A DNA stretch of 64,000 nt, taken from NCBI GenBank assembly GCA_947647595.1, contig CANSKZ010000007.1, forward strand, positions 1,229 through 65,228, read 5' to 3'. Shown here piece by piece: positions 9,397 through 25,358 of the stretch. The position numbers and the translations under genes were made by a program. Under the pieces are notes generated by a model. It searched no databases. It was not told the DNA's origin and saw only the letters and a program-made list of their open reading frames with translations. How positions within the stretch are numbered: position 1 is the first letter of the stretch; the number at the start of each line of letters is the position of its first letter. The DNA comes from an uncultured Clostridium sp. (GTDB lineage: Bacteria > Bacillota > Clostridia > TANB77 > CAG-508).

Positions 9397-9995
9397 TACA
9401 TATCCTCCAACTATTTAATTATGTGTCAATTATATCAATAATATTGACTTTTTTCAATTGAATTTTTGGATTTTATTGACATTTACATAAAAAGATGATA
9501 TTTTATATGTGTATTGAGAAATACACTGAAAAATTAAATAATAATGACATTACACATAATGAGCTACTCGGGAGAATCCATTAAGTTGGGTTCGCAGTCT
9601 GGGTTTAACTCGTTCCGCCAAGCCAAACAGAGCTGGTTTTAGAAAATATATAATGTGTCCAGTAAAAAATATTATGGCAGGAAATGTGCAAATAAAATTA
9701 GTGTAAACTTGTTTTTAAGCTAGTTTTATTTGTCATTCCTGTCTTTTTGTTATGCTAAAAAAGACGGTATAGATATTCTCACGAAGCATATCAAAAAGAT
9801 GCTGAAAAAATTTTATGCTAGGTAGCAAAAAATTTTTCAGTATGCAAAATAATATTTGAATGAAAATAAAAAATATTATTTTGATTTGGCGAAGCCAAAC
9901 ATAAATTATCTATCGCAAGATTAGATAATTTATGAGCTCTCCGCTAGGAGCCCACGACACCTTTCCAAAACGATAGTTTTGAAAGTGTCATAGGG

Positions 9996-11619
<1,624 letters not shown>

Positions 11620-11710
11620 GAATCACTTGAAGTATAAAAACGAATATGATATTATGTGAACACTACAAATTAAAACTTTGTAATACTTTATATCTTATTC
11701 GGCTGTCTAA

Positions 11711-13393
<1,683 letters not shown>

Positions 13394-13404
13394 TCTGTAC
13401 TATT

Positions 13405-13982
13405 TTAAAGTAATGGAGCACATACCAAAAATTGTCCTTGTTGGTAGTGCTCCTTGTATAAACCTTTATACCCAGCATTATGAAATTTATCAAAATTCTT
13501 AACTCCTGCATTTTTAGCTGTTTGATTAAGTGAATAATTACCTTTTCTAGTTAAGTTTCTTTGATAAAATCTCTTTTCATCTTCTGTTAATGAACTATAT
13601 TCCTTTTCACTAATTTCTTGTTTTCTAGTTTGAATTGCAAAATATGTTTGTGCAAGAGCAATAACTTTTTTTCTTGTATCTCCATTTTGTGCTATTAAAT
13701 AACAAGCATAACGTGTTAATTTATAATCTTTTTGTTTTCTTTCTGCTCCTGAACCTATTTGCACCATTTTGTCGACATCGACAAAATGGTCAAAAACAGT
13801 AATATCACTGTTTTTACAAGATTCTTTTGCTTTATTTATTACATTTTCAAATTTTCGCCATTCTTTATAATTTAAAACTGATTGTAATTCTCTAGCATAC
13901 CAAAATTCAATTTCATTTTCGTCAATATGTTTTATATCTTAAAAAGTTTTAATATAATTTTCTTTATTATCTAGTTTATTCA
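13405..13982 (-). pseudogene. DinD-like (DNA-damage-inducible protein D family) gene, N-terminal part; in-frame TAA at codon 15 and 3' end replaced by element-A end sequence
   Basis: MNKLDNKENYIKTF*DIKHIDENEIEFWYARELQSVLNYKEWRKFENVINKA...KMVQIGSGAERK... read in one frame with an internal TAA (13938-13940); C-terminal 16 aa are encoded by the element A terminus; continuation found at 5018..5280. Confidence 0.55.
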
Positions 13983-14028
13983 TTTGCAATCATCTCCATT
14001 TCTTAATCATTCTGCCATAATATTTACA

Positions 14029-14637
14029 TCATACTTCTTTCATTTTTCCATTTATCATAAATTTGTTGCCTGTAATATGATAAATATTTGGTATATTATT
14101 TCTTAATGTAACTTTATCTTCTGAATATTTATCCTCATTAATATCACAAGCCACTACTTTTCCAACTATGATGTTATGATTTCCTGTTTCTATTTCGTTT
14201 TCAAAAATACAATCAATATTTACAATACATTCTTCTATTCTTTTACATTCTAGTTCTTTGGAATTATAAGGTGTTAAATTAGTCAATTCAAATTCACTTA
14301 TATTTCTATCTACTTTTTCTCCTGCCTTATATAATTTTTCTAACATATTCTCTTGCGGAATACCAATTACAAATTGCTTTGTTTCTTTTATATTCTTGTA
14401 AGTATCTGTTTTAGGAGAAATAGCTACTGCTACCATACTATATGGCTTGGTAGAACAATTCATAAACATTCCAAAAGGTGCTACATTTTCTATATAATCT
14501 TTACTTATTGTAGATACTAATATAACTGGTGATGGTTGTGTTACATACACAACTTTCTCTATCTTATCTAATATTTCTATTTTTTTCATATTTTGGTATT
14601 GCTCCTTTAAATATTTTTCTTTTATATTACTTGCCAA
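14029..14637 (-). CDS. flavin reductase-like (FMN-binding split-barrel) protein
   Basis: 202 aa; VVYVTQPSPVILVSTISKDYIENVAPFGMFMNCSTKPYSMVAVAISP resembles flavin reductase domain. Confidence 0.55.
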   Translation of the reverse strand: MASNIKEKYLKEQYQNMKKIEILDKIEKVVYVTQPSPVILVSTISKDYIENVAPFGMFMNCSTKPYSMVAVAISPKTDTYKNIKETKQFVIGIPQENMLEKLYKAGEKVDRNISEFELTNLTPYNSKELECKRIEECIVNIDCIFENEIETGNHNIIVGKVVACDINEDKYSEDKVTLRNNIPNIYHITGNKFMINGKMKEV

Positions 14638-14672
14638 CTCAACATCCGTTCTTTTTATAGCTTTTTTAGTGT

Positions 14673-15224
14673 CTAATTTATATATTCTATAATCTCCTTA
14701 AATTCTTTATATCCATATTTCTCATTAAAGTGTCCTGCATTATTTACTAAAACACTTTTGCCTTTTACAGTATTTGCAAATAATTCTGCCTTTTCTTTTG
14801 AAATATATGGGTCATTATCAGAGTAAAAACATATTATTTCATTGCATAATTCACATATTTTAGTCAGTTGTTCATCTTCCATATAAAATGAGTCATATAA
14901 ACTATTATCCTTATCAAACTGTATATTATTAAATCCTGCAACTGTAATATTCTTCTTTACTTTTATTTTATTATCTATTAAAAATTTCATTATAAAAATC
15001 CCACCCAAACTGTGTGTAATAAAAGTAGTATGTTCTGTAATATATCCAACTTTTACATAGGACATAAGTATAGTACTCCAGCTCTGATAATCTTGTTTAT
15101 ATGGTGTTGTAAAACTTGGCACTACACAACTTAGTCTTCTCTTTCTAAGTTGAGAGCTTAATGATGGAATCCAATTTTTATATGGATTGCCATAAGATCC
15201 ATGTATAATAAAATAACTTTCCAA
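14673..15224 (-). CDS. alpha/beta hydrolase, YdeN/RBBP9-like serine hydrolase
   Basis: 183 aa; nucleophile elbow HSLGG, size and layout of RBBP9/YdeN family. Confidence 0.55.
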   Translation of the reverse strand: MESYFIIHGSYGNPYKNWIPSLSSQLRKRRLSCVVPSFTTPYKQDYQSWSTILMSYVKVGYITEHTTFITHSLGGIFIMKFLIDNKIKVKKNITVAGFNNIQFDKDNSLYDSFYMEDEQLTKICELCNEIICFYSDNDPYISKEKAELFANTVKGKSVLVNNAGHFNEKYGYKEFKEIIEYIN

Positions 15225-15236
15225 CTTAAATTCCTC

Positions 15237-15992
15237 CTACAATTCTAAAATCATATCATCTTCTGCTGATATTATCTCTATACCATACTTTCTACTTAGT
15301 TCATTAGCAATGCTAACAGGGTTACTATTTAAGATATTACAATTAAAATGAGTTAGAATTACTTTACTAGGCTTTATCACTTTTATAAATTCTTCTACAT
15401 TAGCTATATCTAAATGTTTAGGCTTTGGTTTATCTTGTATATAATATGGTACATTTATTATTAAAATATCACAGCCTTTATAAGAATTTAAAAGTTCTGG
15501 AAAATATGCTGTATCAGTTACCAATCCTATGATATGCTCTTTACTTTTTATTTTAAACCCATAATTCTCAACACCATGTTTATGTTCTATTGATGATGTA
15601 ATTCCTATGTTTTTTATGGTATATTTACTATTTGGCTTTACAATATCTAAATATTCTGGGAAATTTTTTACATATGGAAATAATACTCTTTCTTCTATTG
15701 CTTGATTTGGTAATAATAAACTTCCTTGTTTTTCTTCTCCTCCATTTGTCATAAGTTCTACTAATATATTCAAATCATTTGAATGGTCTATATGTATATG
15801 AGATAAGATTATCCCATCAATTTTATTTTCATAAGTATTTATATATTTATAAAATGTATTTGGTCCTGGATCTATAATTATGTTTGTACTATCTACACTA
15901 AAATATAATCCACCTGATGACCTAATTTTCTTAAAAAATATATCTTTATTTCCTGTTGTTCCAAAAAAGTGTATAAAATCTTTTGACATCAT
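15237..15992 (-). CDS. MBL-fold metallo-hydrolase
   Basis: 251 aa; HIHIDH (HxHxDH) zinc-binding motif. Confidence 0.7.
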   Translation of the reverse strand: MMSKDFIHFFGTTGNKDIFFKKIRSSGGLYFSVDSTNIIIDPGPNTFYKYINTYENKIDGIILSHIHIDHSNDLNILVELMTNGGEEKQGSLLLPNQAIEERVLFPYVKNFPEYLDIVKPNSKYTIKNIGITSSIEHKHGVENYGFKIKSKEHIIGLVTDTAYFPELLNSYKGCDILIINVPYYIQDKPKPKHLDIANVEEFIKVIKPSKVILTHFNCNILNSNPVSIANELSRKYGIEIISAEDDMILEL

Positions 15993-16073
15993 TTTTCTCC
16001 TTACAAATCTCTATTTTACTTATTTATATCATTAAATGATTATAAAAACAATTATTTCTAGAAATTAATACAA

Positions 16074-16106
16074 AAGAGATTGCTACTGTTTATATAACAA
16101 TCTCTT
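16074..16106. terminator. terminator hairpin (AAGAGATTG-loop-CAATCTCTT) downstream of relaxase gene
   Basis: Perfect 9-bp stem just after the minus-strand stop at 16113. Confidence 0.45.
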
Positions 16107-16112
16107 CGCATA

Positions 16113-17486
16113 TTATCTGTTTAAATCTCTATCTTTTTTCTTTGTTTTAGTAATATCTTCTTGACCGTTTTTTATCTGCATTTCAATTTTTATTACTTCT
16201 TTAACTTTTGGTGTATCTTCTAAAATATAGTTTGCTATTTTCACATTTTTTCTGTACTTATTTAGTATTGTAGTGCATTCATTTCGTTTTTCTTTGTATT
16301 CTTTTATTAGATTATCTTCTGTGCAATTTCTTAGCTTATTTCTGTATTTTTGCCTTAAATCAGTAACATTTTCAATATTGTTTTCAGTTTGTGAAATATA
16401 GCTTTTTACATCTTCTGTTGTTTTTAGTTTTACTGTTACTATAAGTCTAATTTCATTAGAATATCGTTCCATTTTTCTTACTTCTTGTTTCATTTCTGGA
16501 GATAGTGGCTGATAGTTTTCTCGTTTTGGTAGTAATCCTAATAAATGAAACAGTAATAGAAAAAGTACATCAATTCCACTCATTTTGCTAATAGCTTTGA
16601 ATTTACCTTTATATTTATAAACTTTATATTTTTGTTTTTTCTTTTTAGGGTGTATAAATTCCATATATCTATTTTGATAATAATATGGATTGTGTTCAAC
16701 TTTGTTTGCAATGTTCTTTGGCAAATATTCTTCTCCTAAATGATACATTCTTACTGCTTTTTTATCATTTATTGAACGAATTGTTGGGTATTTCCTATTA
16801 TAATCATCATTGATTATATAACCTTTTTTGAGCATTATCTTTTTAAACTGTCCGTAATTTATACACATTTCCATTGCTTCATCAATAGCTTGTCTTATTA
16901 CATTATACTTTGTTGGCTCTCCTCGTTTTTCTGCAAAATATATACTTCTTGGTGTTTTTCCTGCTGGCTTTTCAATAACTGTTAGTCCATATTCTTTGCA
17001 TAGATTATCTGATAACTCTCTAAAATGATAATATGCTCCTTTGTTACAATTAAACTTTTTTCCTGTAAACATATTAACTGAATTTACTACAAAATGATTA
17101 TGATATGTGCCAGTATTAAAATGTGTGGCAACTACAACTTGGTATTCACTCCACATCTTTTCTGCAAGTTTTACTCCAATTTTATGTGCCAATTCTGGTG
17201 AAACTTCTCCTGTTTTAAAACTTTGATATGCGTGATATGCAACATTTCCTGTGGTCTTATCAAATCTATTTTGTACTGTTACCATTTCTTCATAGGCTGT
17301 TTGTGCATTACAATTTACTCCTGTTACATACATAGTTTTTTCATCTTTATCTATAGTTTTCTCATCATCTTCTGCATATTTTAATACTTGTTTTAAATCT
17401 GAAAATGTTGTCTTTTCTGGATTTTTCGCATAGCTTATTACTCGAGATATACTATCTTTAATTGCCCATATTTTCGTTGTTGCCAC
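16113..17486 (-). CDS. relaxase/mobilisation nuclease (MobA/VirD2-type, PF03432-like)
   Basis: 457 aa; N-terminal relaxase domain with His-rich motif VVATHFNTGTYHNHFVVNSV; long charged C-terminus. Confidence 0.7.
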   Translation of the reverse strand: MATTKIWAIKDSISRVISYAKNPEKTTFSDLKQVLKYAEDDEKTIDKDEKTMYVTGVNCNAQTAYEEMVTVQNRFDKTTGNVAYHAYQSFKTGEVSPELAHKIGVKLAEKMWSEYQVVVATHFNTGTYHNHFVVNSVNMFTGKKFNCNKGAYYHFRELSDNLCKEYGLTVIEKPAGKTPRSIYFAEKRGEPTKYNVIRQAIDEAMEMCINYGQFKKIMLKKGYIINDDYNRKYPTIRSINDKKAVRMYHLGEEYLPKNIANKVEHNPYYYQNRYMEFIHPKKKKQKYKVYKYKGKFKAISKMSGIDVLFLLLFHLLGLLPKRENYQPLSPEMKQEVRKMERYSNEIRLIVTVKLKTTEDVKSYISQTENNIENVTDLRQKYRNKLRNCTEDNLIKEYKEKRNECTTILNKYRKNVKIANYILEDTPKVKEVIKIEMQIKNGQEDITKTKKKDRDLNR

Positions 17487-17778
17487 TCACATCATCTCCG
17501 TTTTTATAATTATAAATATCAAGAAAATCACTTTGCATTTTTGTTATTTTCTCTTTTATTTCTTCATCACTCATATAAGAAAACTCATTTTTTAATTCAA
17601 CAATTCCATTATAAATTTTACGAAGTTCTTCATCTGGTATTGAATAAATTTCTTTTTGTAATCCTGCTTTTCTCAAATAAGATGACAAGTTTAAGTTGCT
17701 CTTTTTAGCATTCCTTTGTAGTTTTTTCTTTTCATTTTCACTTACTCTAACATTAATTCCTATTGTTCTATTTCTCAT
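17458..17778 (-). CDS. mobC: MobC-like relaxosome accessory protein
   Basis: 106 aa, RHH-like N-terminus (RTIGINVRVSENEKKKLQRNAKKSNLNLSSYLRKAG) overlapping the start of the relaxase gene. Confidence 0.6.
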   Translation of the reverse strand: MRNRTIGINVRVSENEKKKLQRNAKKSNLNLSSYLRKAGLQKEIYSIPDEELRKIYNGIVELKNEFSYMSDEEIKEKITKMQSDFLDIYNYKNGDDVSGNNENMGN

Positions 17779-17898
17779 AATTTTTCACTTCCTCTTTTTT
17801 GATAAATTTTCGCTCTGTTTTTTATAAAAACTTTCTTAAAAATTTTTAATCTCTTATATAATTTTAAATCTGTTCTTCTAATTTTTTCGTTTCTAAGG

Positions 17899-17926
17899 TA
17901 GGGGTTATAGGGGAAGATTTTTCCCC
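17899..17926. promoter_or_regulatory. TAGGGGTTA motif plus GGGGAAGATTTTTCCCC hairpin upstream of mobC (candidate oriT of element B)
   Basis: Shared 9-mer with the region upstream of MobV (9991-9999); adjacent perfect 6-bp GC hairpin. Confidence 0.35.
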
Positions 17927-18034
17927 TTTCAGCGTAAGCTGTCGGTTTTGTGGCAATACAAAACCTATGCTCGCTACACTTATAGACATTAAATTTGGCT
18001 ATACATTTGTCTGTTTGCTCCTACCTGCAATTTT

Positions 18035-18439
18035 TTATACATATATTAGTTCATTTAGTACAATTTCTTCTGATATATTTTTAAAATTATTCATCATACT
18101 AACCCAATAAAGTTGATCTGTATTTTTCATTCCTTCTGTTAGGTTATTTTGTTCTTTTAATTGCTCTATAATTAAATCAATTCTTTCTTGTGCTGTTTCC
18201 TGAATCTCTTTTAAATGTTTATTCAATGTTCCATTTATAAACATTATTGTATATTCTGCTTTTCTATTTTCTTTTAAGAAATTTAATCTCATTCTTCCAT
18301 ATTTATTTAGTACAATTTTTTCTTTTTCTAAAACTAAATTTGGTAGATAGTAATCTCCAACCTTTGTGTATTCAATTCCATATTTATTTTCCATATTATT
18401 TGTTTTTACTTCTTTATTTTCCATTTTCAATTCCTCCAT
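18035..18439 (-). CDS. tnpV: TnpV-family transposon protein (second copy)
   Basis: 134 aa; GDYYLPNL...YGRMRLNFLKENRKAEYTIMFINGTLNKHL conserved with 5387..5764 ORF and with TnpV. Confidence 0.65.
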   Translation of the reverse strand: MEELKMENKEVKTNNMENKYGIEYTKVGDYYLPNLVLEKEKIVLNKYGRMRLNFLKENRKAEYTIMFINGTLNKHLKEIQETAQERIDLIIEQLKEQNNLTEGMKNTDQLYWVSMMNNFKNISEEIVLNELIYV

Positions 18440-18451
18440 TTATTAAATTTT

Positions 18452-20294
<1,843 letters not shown>

Positions 20295-20468
20295 TCAATG
20301 AATTAGAAAGACACTAAAAAAGTGCCACATAGCATAGATTGACTATATTGACACTCTAAAGTTTTTATTTATTGTTTTAACTATCTCTATTTTCTTATTT
20401 TTAAATACAATTAATAAATCAATATAGTACAATTTTTAAAAACTCTAAAATATCAATGCTTTGACTTG

Positions 20469-20771
<303 letters not shown>

Positions 20772-20887
20772 TCAAAAAAAGACCGCTTCATTTTTTGAAA
20801 CGGTTTAAGTTTTTGTGTTGTCAAATTCTTATAATCTTGTAATCAAGTTATATCAAGTATTATAGAGAGTTCGACAAAAACTCGTCT

Positions 20888-20973
20888 TGGTGGGCAGGGT
20901 TGGATTCGAACCAACGTAGACTCTCGTCGCCAGATTTACAGTCTGGTGCCATTAACCACTCGACCACCTACCC
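20888..20973 (-). tRNA. tRNA-Tyr (anticodon GTA), class II long variable arm, CCA encoded
   Basis: Reverse complement GGGTAGGTGGTCGAGTGGTTAATGGCACCAGACTGTAAATCTGG...GGTTCGAATCCAACCCTGCCCACCA folds as cloverleaf with GTA anticodon. Confidence 0.85.
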
Positions 20974-20985
20974 ATGTATTATATA

Positions 20986-21062
20986 TGGTGCACCATCAAG
21001 GATTCGAACCTTGGACCCACCGGTTATGAGCCGGTTGCTCTGACCAACTGAGCTAATGGTGC
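20986..21062 (-). tRNA. tRNA-Met (anticodon CAT; elongator-type acceptor stem), CCA encoded
   Basis: Reverse complement GCACCATTAGCTCAGTTGGTCAGAGCAACCGGCTCATAACCGGTGGGTCCAAGGTTCGAATCCTTGATGGTGCACCA; 7-bp acceptor stem, CAT anticodon. Confidence 0.8.
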
Positions 21063-21145
21063 GTTTGCTTAACGCAAGATTTATTATAAACGATTCGCTT
21101 TAAGATGTCAAGAGAAAAATCTAAATTTTTTCATTTTTTTATAAA

Positions 21146-21712
21146 TCACTTTATCCAGCTTTTATACCTTTTCTCAAATTGATTCAAAAATTTTACAATA
21201 ATCTCTTCTCTTGTAATTTCTAATTTCGTTACTCTTTTTAAAGAAGTGGCAATATCTGATAAATTTCCTGGAAACTTGTCCTGATTTACATTAATTCCAA
21301 TTCCAATATAAATTTTTCTTACATTTTCCCCTTTGCAAACAGTTTCTGTCAAAATTCCTGCCACTTTCTTTCCTTGATAAAAGATATCATTTGGCTCTTT
21401 AATTTCGAATTCAAATTTTGTTATATTTTTCAACACATCAACAAGACATTCCGCAATTTGAATTGTAATACTTTCTATTTTCTTTATATTGCAATTCGGA
21501 AATAGCACAAATGACATCGCAATATTTTTGCCACTTCCTGTATACCATTTTCGATCATGTGTACCAACTGCAGCTATTTGATTATCTGCAATAATTATTG
21601 TTCCATTTTCAGGTGTTTTAAGTGATTTTATCTTTTTTTGAGTTGAATCAATTGATTGAAAAAATATCAGATTTTTACCTAAAAATTCAGTTTTTAGTCC
21701 TTTTAATTCCAT
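21146..21712 (-). CDS. birA: biotin--protein ligase family protein (BPL catalytic domain, no HTH)
   Basis: 188 aa; GTHDRKWYTGSGKNIAMSFVL (GRxGRxW-like), IKEPNDIFYQGKKVAGIL, IGIGINV. Confidence 0.55.
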   Translation of the reverse strand: MELKGLKTEFLGKNLIFFQSIDSTQKKIKSLKTPENGTIIIADNQIAAVGTHDRKWYTGSGKNIAMSFVLFPNCNIKKIESITIQIAECLVDVLKNITKFEFEIKEPNDIFYQGKKVAGILTETVCKGENVRKIYIGIGINVNQDKFPGNLSDIATSLKRVTKLEITREEIIVKFLNQFEKRYKSWIK

Positions 21713-21717
21713 ACTTT

Positions 21718-22419
21718 CTACATCCTATTTATATAATCTAATTTCATTTCTCTTTGATATTGATTAATTCGTATATTTTCTTCCACAACATAATGAATTG
21801 TTTTTTCATTTGCCTTTATTTCATCCAAATAACCACCTTTTATAGTAATTGCACTTTCCAAATATTTCATATCTCCAATGGCTTTTACAACATATGGTCC
21901 AGAAATTCTGTTCCCATTAACTAAAATAATTCGATTATTAATTAAGGCAATATCTGTACTAGAAACCACTCTTTCATCATTAATTGAAATAGCTTCTGCT
22001 CCTGCCAATTTTAATTCATTCACAAGACTAATTAGATCAAAACTTTCAATATTTTTAAAACTATTATCTTCTAATGTAATTACAATCCCTTCTCCTTGAA
22101 CATCTGTATATCCCAAAAATTTATGCGCATCGTTTACTTCTTGTTTCAGCAATTCCGCAGCATCCTTCTCTGAAGTCATTTGCGTTTGATATTCTTCGAT
22201 TTTATGATTCGTATCTTCCAACTTTGTTTGAACTTCTTCGTATTTTGCTTTCCACTCTGCTAATTCTGTCCTTAATTCCGTTTCACGCATAGTTTCAATT
22301 GCTACAATATCTGTTTGTTCAATTGTTTTAAATTGCGTAAACATAACCATGGTAAGAATGAATGCAACACAGCCAATTGATATACTTAAAATTATTTTTT
22401 CTTTCTTCATCTTCTTCAC
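21718..22419 (-). CDS. DUF881 (YlxW/YlxX-like) division-cluster protein
   Basis: 233 aa, N-terminal TM, coiled coil, C-terminal ...EAISINDERV.S......L.V.G....PY.I.AIGD; tandem paralog of 22422..23141. Confidence 0.55.
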   Translation of the reverse strand: MKKMKKEKIILSISIGCVAFILTMVMFTQFKTIEQTDIVAIETMRETELRTELAEWKAKYEEVQTKLEDTNHKIEEYQTQMTSEKDAAELLKQEVNDAHKFLGYTDVQGEGIVITLEDNSFKNIESFDLISLVNELKLAGAEAISINDERVVSSTDIALINNRIILVNGNRISGPYVVKAIGDMKYLESAITIKGGYLDEIKANEKTIHYVVEENIRINQYQREMKLDYINRM

Positions 22420-22421
22420 CT

Positions 22422-23141
22422 CTATTCTACATTTTCTGCATATTGAAAATGATAAATCCCATTGTATTTAGGAATGGTAATTTTATCTGATTTTTCAACC
22501 TTTACTTGCACACTCGCATCTTCTAACAATTCCAAATAACCACCTGGCATCGTCAAAGCCCCATACAACTTTTCTGTAAGTCCAATTGCCTTTATTTTAA
22601 ACGGTGAACCAATCTTTTCACCATTTATTTTTATAATATTCCCAGCACAACTAATTTCAGTTGGATTCACAATTCTTTGTTCATTAATCGAAATAGCTTC
22701 TGCTCCTGCCGTTTTCAAAGCATTTACAACTTCTAACAAATCCCCATCATGCACAACAAAATTAGTAGCATTTCCAACAGTACTTGCCTCCGCATCTTTT
22801 AATGTAATGATAATTCCTTGACCTGAAACATCATGAAATCCCAATAAAGTATTTGCCTTTTGCAATTCTCCACTTAAATTGACTGCATCCGTATCTTGAT
22901 TAGAAGCTTGTTCTCTTAACTTTTCCAACTGTTCTTCTTGTTTTGCTTCTTCGCGATACAAATCCTCATATTTTTCCTTCCAACGCAAAACACTATCTCT
23001 TAATTCATTTTCTGTTTTTGTTTTTCCCACACCTGTTGACGAATCATTCACCGTTTTTATTTGAACTGCTATTCCAATTGTAAGTAACATACACATGATT
23101 CCCAACAAAACTCCAATTTTTAATTTGTTCATATTTTCCAC
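22422..23141 (-). CDS. DUF881 (YlxW/YlxX-like) division-cluster protein
   Basis: 239 aa; same architecture and motifs as 21718..22419. Confidence 0.55.
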   Translation of the reverse strand: MENMNKLKIGVLLGIMCMLLTIGIAVQIKTVNDSSTGVGKTKTENELRDSVLRWKEKYEDLYREEAKQEEQLEKLREQASNQDTDAVNLSGELQKANTLLGFHDVSGQGIIITLKDAEASTVGNATNFVVHDGDLLEVVNALKTAGAEAISINEQRIVNPTEISCAGNIIKINGEKIGSPFKIKAIGLTEKLYGALTMPGGYLELLEDASVQVKVEKSDKITIPKYNGIYHFQYAENVE

Positions 23142-23150
23142 CTTTCTATC

Positions 23151-24008
23151 TTATATTGATTCCTCCGAAAAATATACCCATTCTGCATTTAAATCTACAT
23201 TTGCAAAAATTTTTCCTGTTTTTCCCTGTTGTTCTTTTAAAATTGCTTTAATATATAAAAATCTTGTATTCAATTCCATTCCTTCTCCTAAATAAGCAAT
23301 TTTTCCCTCTGTTTCAAAATAGATTGCATAATCCTTCTCATTCGAAATATCGATTTTACTAATCAAATCTTGTATCTTATAGTGTATCGCTGTTTGCATG
23401 ATTTTTTCTACACACCTCATTTTATCTAAATCCACTTGTTCTAATTGTTGATTCTCTTTTAAATTTGTTAAATCAGTAGAAAATCCTATTATCTGTGGAA
23501 CCTGTGATAATTCATTGGAAATTCTCAAAACATACCCCTCTCGATTAACATAAATATAACTATTGGCTAACGGTAAAGCATATTCTATTTTTCTCTCTTT
23601 TACCACCAATTTTATTTTATTCGGCAAACATCTTCTTATCTCAACCGAATCGATATAAGGATTCTCTTTCATTTTGCTCACAACATTTTCTTTCGATATT
23701 GCAAAAAGATTTGTTCCTTTCTCAATGCCAGAAAAACTAATCATCTGTTCTTTCGATATCGCATCATTTCCTTCCACAATAATTTCTGAAACACTAAATG
23801 CTCCTGACATACAAACAAGCACAATTGCCACCAAAAATAATACCAACATAAAAATTGTTTTTATTACATGATTTCTCGAATCTTTCTTTTCCTGTTTTAG
23901 ATTCTGATTTTTCAACTGCTTGTACGCTTTTTGAGAGGCTGTAGAATTTACAGCCATTCTAGATTTCTTTGATTTTTTTGATGTTTTTTTATCCATCGTA
24001 TTTTTCAA
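23151..24008 (-). CDS. divIB: cell division protein DivIB/FtsQ (POTRA domain)
   Basis: 285 aa; N-terminal basic region and TM, then POTRA-like VSEIIVEGNDAISKEQM...YIDSVEIRRCLPNKIKLVVKER. Confidence 0.7.
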   Translation of the reverse strand: MKNTMDKKTSKKSKKSRMAVNSTASQKAYKQLKNQNLKQEKKDSRNHVIKTIFMLVLFLVAIVLVCMSGAFSVSEIIVEGNDAISKEQMISFSGIEKGTNLFAISKENVVSKMKENPYIDSVEIRRCLPNKIKLVVKERKIEYALPLANSYIYVNREGYVLRISNELSQVPQIIGFSTDLTNLKENQQLEQVDLDKMRCVEKIMQTAIHYKIQDLISKIDISNEKDYAIYFETEGKIAYLGEGMELNTRFLYIKAILKEQQGKTGKIFANVDLNAEWVYFSEESI

Positions 24009-24012
24009 ATTA

Positions 24013-25291
24013 CTATTCCTTCCCTTCTTCTCTAGTAATATTTGCGCCTAAAAAATTCAACTTATAGTCCAAATTTTCATATCCTCGTAAGATATATTCT
24101 ACTTTTTTTACACGGGTTATTCCCTTTGCCGCAATACCTGCTATCATCAAGGAAGCTCCACCTCTTAAATCTGTACTTTCAACATTTGCTCCATGAAGTC
24201 TTTTTACCCCTTTTATAATCGCTGTTTTTCCTTCCACATTAACTTTTGCTCCCATTCGTTTCAATTCTTGTAAAAATTTATAGCGATTCTCAAAAATATT
24301 TTCAGTAATAATCGAAGTTCCTTTACATGTTGTCAAAAGTGTTGTAAAAAGTGGTTGTAAATCTGTTGGAAAACCTGGATAAGGCATTGTTTTTATTTCA
24401 GTACCACTTAATTTATTATTTGCTTTTAGATAAATCGTATTTTTTACAACTTCAACTCTGCATCCACATTCTTGTAATTTATGTAAGATTGGACTAATAT
24501 GCTCAGCACAAACTTTATTTAACCTAATGTCACCACCTGTTATAGCAGTAGCTAATAATAACGTTCCTGCTTCAATTCTGTCTGGCATAATTGTATACGA
24601 AACTTCACGAAGTTCTTTGGTTCCTCGTATTTTGATAAGATTTGTTCCAGCACCTGTAATCTTCGCTCCCATTCGATTCAGAAAAGCAACCAAATCAACA
24701 ATCTCTGGTTCCATAGCAGCATTTTTAATCACCACTTCATGCGTTCCAATAACCGATGCCAAAATTAAATTTTCTGTTGCTCCAACACTTGGAAAATCCA
24801 ATTGAATTTCTGTATTTTCTATTTTATCACATTTACATTGAATATTGCTAGTATTTTCGTCAATTTTTATTCCTAATTTTTTAAATCCTTTCAAATGCAA
24901 GTCAATTGGTCTACTTCCAATATCACATCCACCTGGATATGAAAAACAGGCTTCCCCAAATCTCGAAATAATTGCACCAACAATAATCACCGAAGAACGC
25001 AATTTGCGCATTAATTCTTCGGGAATACAAGTTCCTGTCATATTTCTACTATCAATCACCAATTTCTTTTTGTCTCTTTTCACTTTGCATCCGAAGACTT
25101 TCCAGAATTTTTATCGTTATTTTCACATCCGAAATATCTGGTACATTATACAATTTCGAAACTTTTCCATTCAAAATGGTTGCCGCTAAAATTGGCAATG
25201 TTGCATTTTTAGAACCAGCCACATCAACCTCTCCCGATAGTTTCGTACCACCTTTAATTATGTAGTTATACATTTCACTCACCTTCTTCAT
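24013..25291 (-). CDS. murA: UDP-N-acetylglucosamine 1-carboxyvinyltransferase MurA, split by +1 frameshift near 25091-25096
   Basis: N-part MYNYIIKGGTKLSGEVDVAGSKNATLPILAATIL..., C-part ...PGGCDIGSRPIDLHLKGFKKLG...; frames join (ILESL-GCKV) if C is removed from cttCgga. Confidence 0.8.
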
Positions 25292-25358
25292 AATATTTTA
25301 TGTTACATATTATGAAAAGTTTACGTAAGTTGTTACTGTGGCACTCAAATTTCGCTGA

